Shown here: positions 60,945 to 64,000 of the stretch, in pieces
Layout of the letters: each line of letters begins with the position of its first letter
Numbering within the stretch: the stretch's first letter is position 1
Assembly (NCBI GenBank): GCA_963663405.2
Contig: CAXXSM010000132.1
Location: 1-64,000 of the forward strand
Length of the DNA: 64,000 nucleotides
Reading direction: 5' to 3'
Source of the DNA: a bacterium
Lineage (GTDB): Bacteria > Hinthialibacterota > Hinthialibacteria > Hinthialibacterales > Hinthialibacteraceae
Program-made: the position numbers and the translations under genes
The notes under the pieces: generated by a model
Seen by the model: only the letters and a program-made list of their open reading frames with translations
The model's database searches: none
What the model was told of the DNA's origin: nothing

Positions 60945-62286
60945 ATGACAAATAAATGGCCGAAAATCATTCGCGATCCGATCCACGATCTGATCTCTTT
61001 TGAAGATATACCAGTTGATCATTTATTGTTGAAACTAATCGACACAAAGGAATTTCAGCGGCTTCGCCGAATCCGGCAACTTGGAATGAGTGATTTAGTC
61101 TTTCCTGGAGCGAATCACAGCCGTTTCGCTCATTCAATCGGTGTCATGAATACGGCGCGAAAGTTTTTGAAACGGATCGAACGTATTCCTGGATCAACAA
61201 TAGATGAAATCAATCAAATCGTTGTATTAACCGCCGCGTTACTTCATGACATTGGTCACGGTCCTTTCTCTCATACATTCGAGAAAATATCAGGAGGAAA
61301 ATCACGAACAAAGAACAGTAGAAATTATTAAAAACGAATCCACAGAGGTGAATAAAGTCCTCCGTGAAGTGGATGAACAACTGCCAGGAAAAATATCTGA
61401 TTTCTTTGAAACGGAAAGCGAGGAAAGCGATAGTCCTTCACCTTATCTCACAGGCATCGTATCGAGTCAGCTCGATGCGGACCGTTTTGATTATTTACTC
61501 CGGGACAGTTATGCGACGGGAACGAACTATGGGCAATTCGATCTCAATTGGCTGATCCAGCATCTTTTTATTGATGAAGAGAAAGGGCGGTTTTATTTAA
61601 GCAAAAAAGCATTTACGGCGGCGGAGGCGTATATTTTCGCCCGTTTTCACATGTACCAAACCGTTTATTTTCATAAAGCGACACGAGCCGCTGAAATCAT
61701 GTTACGATTAGCGTTTATGCGCTATCGAGATCTTCTATCTCTGAAGAAAACGCCAATAGAAAAATGCGTGTTGTACCTAAAGCGCCTCTTTCGGTTTTTA
61801 ACGCTTTTTCGGATACAAAAAATGCAGCTCCATGATTACCTTTTACTTGACGACAATACGATTCTTGAGTTTCTAAAAGTATGCGGTGAAGCGGACGATT
61901 CTATTTTAAAGGAAATCAGTCAAGGATTATTGAATCGGAGATTATATAAATGCGTGGATGCGACGGATGCGGATAAGGATGATGTTGGCCATTTTACAAT
62001 GCAAGTAGCTCAGTTTTTATCGGGAAAAGGCTCTAAAATGCCCTATACATTCATTAATGATTCACCAAAAGATATTCCTTATAAACTTTATGATCCCGAT
62101 GAAGAAAAACCAACAAGCGAAATATATGTTGAAATGACGACTGGTGAGCGTGTAGAGATAAGCAAGCAATCGTCTTTAATCGCTCAATTAAAAGATAAGT
62201 ACACTTTATTTCGATATTATTTCCCTGATGAATACCGTAATGAAATCGATAAGATTGCACAGATAACTCTGCGAAAGGACCGATGA
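60945..62286 (+). pseudogene. HD-domain phosphohydrolase (SAMHD1/YwfO-like), frameshifted
   Basis: IRDPIH, FQRLRRIRQLG, HSRFAHSIG, LLHDIGHGPFSH, LDADRFDYLLRD, VYFHK; extra base near 61296. Confidence 0.85.
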
Positions 62287-62804
62287 ATGGTTGATAAATT
62301 GATAGAAAAATTCCGTTGGTTGGCTGGAGCGATCGCCGCGCATCCGGATCAGCAAATTGCGGGAAGAATCCGATTGCAGAAAACAATCAAACTCCTTCAA
62401 CGCCTTGATTTTCCAACGGATTACTCGTATACACTCATTTTTACGGTCCTTATAGTGAAGGGCTCAAAGCTGAAATCAACCTTTTGGAAAGTCTCGATCT
62501 AGTTGAAGAAGAAGAACGGCAAACGGCAGATGGTCTTCCATATTTTATAATTAAAGCGAAAAAGGGCGCTGCTTTAGATGAAGATGATATCAAGCCGTTT
62601 CAAAAATATATTGATATCATGAGTAAAATTAAAGATCAAGTCATTTTGGAATTGGCGGCCACGTATGATTCCTTCCGGGAAAGAAATTACGATCATGAAA
62701 AGTCTCTTGATTTATTGAACAGAAAAAAAGGGAGTAAATGTACTCCAGAGCGCATAGAAAAATCAATGGAATTGTTAATGGAATTAGGATTACCTGCAAA
62801 ATAA
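62287..62804 (+). pseudogene. YwgA-like winged-helix protein, frameshifted
   Basis: GRIRLQKTIKLLQ; adding one base near 62436 restores FYGPYS and joins the LELAAT-containing ORF 62484-62804; ATG directly follows the HD stop. Confidence 0.7.
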
Positions 62805-62829
62805 ATATTCATTTGGAAGGTAGATAGAA

Positions 62830-64000
62830 ATGAGTTCTGTAAAAAAAGTCGTTCTCGCGTATTCGGGGGGATTGGACACATCGGTGATTATCCCCTGGTT
62901 GATCGAAAATTATGATTGTGAAGTCATCGCGTTCGCCGCCGATATCGGGCAAGGCGAAGAATTGGAACCGGTCCGGAAGAAGGCGATCGATTCCGGCGCG
63001 TCGAAAATCTATGTTGAAGATTTGCGCGAAGAGTTCCTGCGCGATTTCTGTTTCCCCATGCTTCAGGCCGGCGCCATTTACGAACGCCGCTATCTGTTGG
63101 GCACCTCCATCGCCCGGCCATTGATCGCCAAAGCGCAGGTGGCCATCGCCGAAAAAGAGAACGCGGACGCGGTCTCGCACGGCGCGACAGGCAAGGGCAA
63201 CGATCAAGTCCGGTTTGAGTTGACCTATCAATCTCTCGGCCCGAATTTAAAGGTGATCGCCCCTTGGCGGGAATGGGATATCCGTTCGCGCGAAGACGCG
63301 GTCGCGTACGCGAAAAAGCACAATATCCCCGTCCCCGTCACAGTCGAGAAACCCTACTCGATGGACCGCAACATGTGGCATTTATCCTTCGAGGGTGGTA
63401 TTCTCGAAAATCCGTGGAACGAGCCTCCAAAAGATATGTTCATCCTGACCAAAAATCCGGAAGACGCGCCGGATGAGCCGGTCTACGTCGAGATCGAATT
63501 CGAAAAAGGTATCCCCACCGCGCTCGATGGAGAGAAACTGCCTCCAGTCGATCTGGTCGTCCGGCTAAACAAACTCGCGGGTGAACACGGCGTGGGCCGG
63601 GTGGATCTGGTCGAGAACCGCCTGGTGGGCATGAAATCACGCGGCGTGTATGAAACCCCTGGCGGGACCGTCTTGTTCAACGCCCACCGCGAACTGCTCT
63701 CTCTCGTCTGCGACCGCGACACGCTCCATTACCGCAATCTCGCCGCCGAACGGTACGCCGAATTGGTATACAACGGGCAGTGGTTCTCCCCGCTCCGCCG
63801 TTCGTTGGACGCCTTCTTCCAAGAATCGGAACAATACGTCACCGGAACCGTCCGCATGAAATTATACAAAGGCAACTGCACAGTAGCGGGCCGCAAATCC
63901 GCGCAATCTCTCTACAGCGTAGATTACGCCACCTTCGAAGAAGACAAAGTCTACGACCAGAAAGACGCCGAAGGCTTCATCCGCCTCTTCGGCCTCCCCA
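62830..64000 (+). CDS. argG: Argininosuccinate synthase (3' end beyond window)
   Basis: [59 protein letters not shown]. Confidence 0.97.
   Translation, partial: MSSVKKVVLAYSGGLDTSVIIPWLIENYDCEVIAFAADIGQGEELEPVRKKAIDSGASKIYVEDLREEFLRDFCFPMLQAGAIYERRYLLGTSIARPLIAKAQVAIAEKENADAVSHGATGKGNDQVRFELTYQSLGPNLKVIAPWREWDIRSREDAVAYAKKHNIPVPVTVEKPYSMDRNMWHLSFEGGILENPWNEPPKDMFILTKNPEDAPDEPVYVEIEFEKGIPTALDGEKLPPVDLVVRLNKLAGEHGVGRVDLVENRLVGMKSRGVYETPGGTVLFNAHRELLSLVCDRDTLHYRNLAAERYAELVYNGQWFSPLRRSLDAFFQESEQYVTGTVRMKLYKGNCTVAGRKSAQSLYSVDYATFEEDKVYDQKDAEGFIRLFGLP

Noticed and set aside
62809-63859. Short ORFs at the right end
   Set aside because: Shadows of argG, which is open from 62830 to the window end.

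Overview
A 64 kb window of chromosomal DNA from a diderm bacterium (LptE, RND pump, predicted outer-membrane barrel). The gene repertoire resembles PVC-like or candidate-phylum genomes; that placement is inference. About 40 genes are supported. Housekeeping genes are holA, lptE, lexA, manC, clpB, a class B DnaJ, Nif3, rmlA/rmlB and a partial argG. There are many secreted hydrolases and transport genes. AT-richer accessory inserts include a methyltransferase plus putative endonuclease pair wedged between two DUF3857 paralogues, a subtilase, and a frameshifted HD-dNTPase/YwgA-like pair. Two genes run off the window ends and are missing from the ORF track (1..2331 minus; argG from 62830). I recognised no rRNA, tRNA, CRISPR array, transposase or integrase. 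Best leads: (1) a subtilase fused to a probable Cys-Gln thioester domain; (2) a possible C-terminal W-x-L-[FY] sorting tag; (3) a ~70 bp direct repeat bracketing one gene; (4) three active/pseudo-enzyme pairings; (5) a sigma54 promoter and REP-like palindromes upstream of clpB; (6) a candidate LexA box; (7) a candidate translational RNA switch before the NSS transporter. All family calls come from motif recognition by eye, not database searches.
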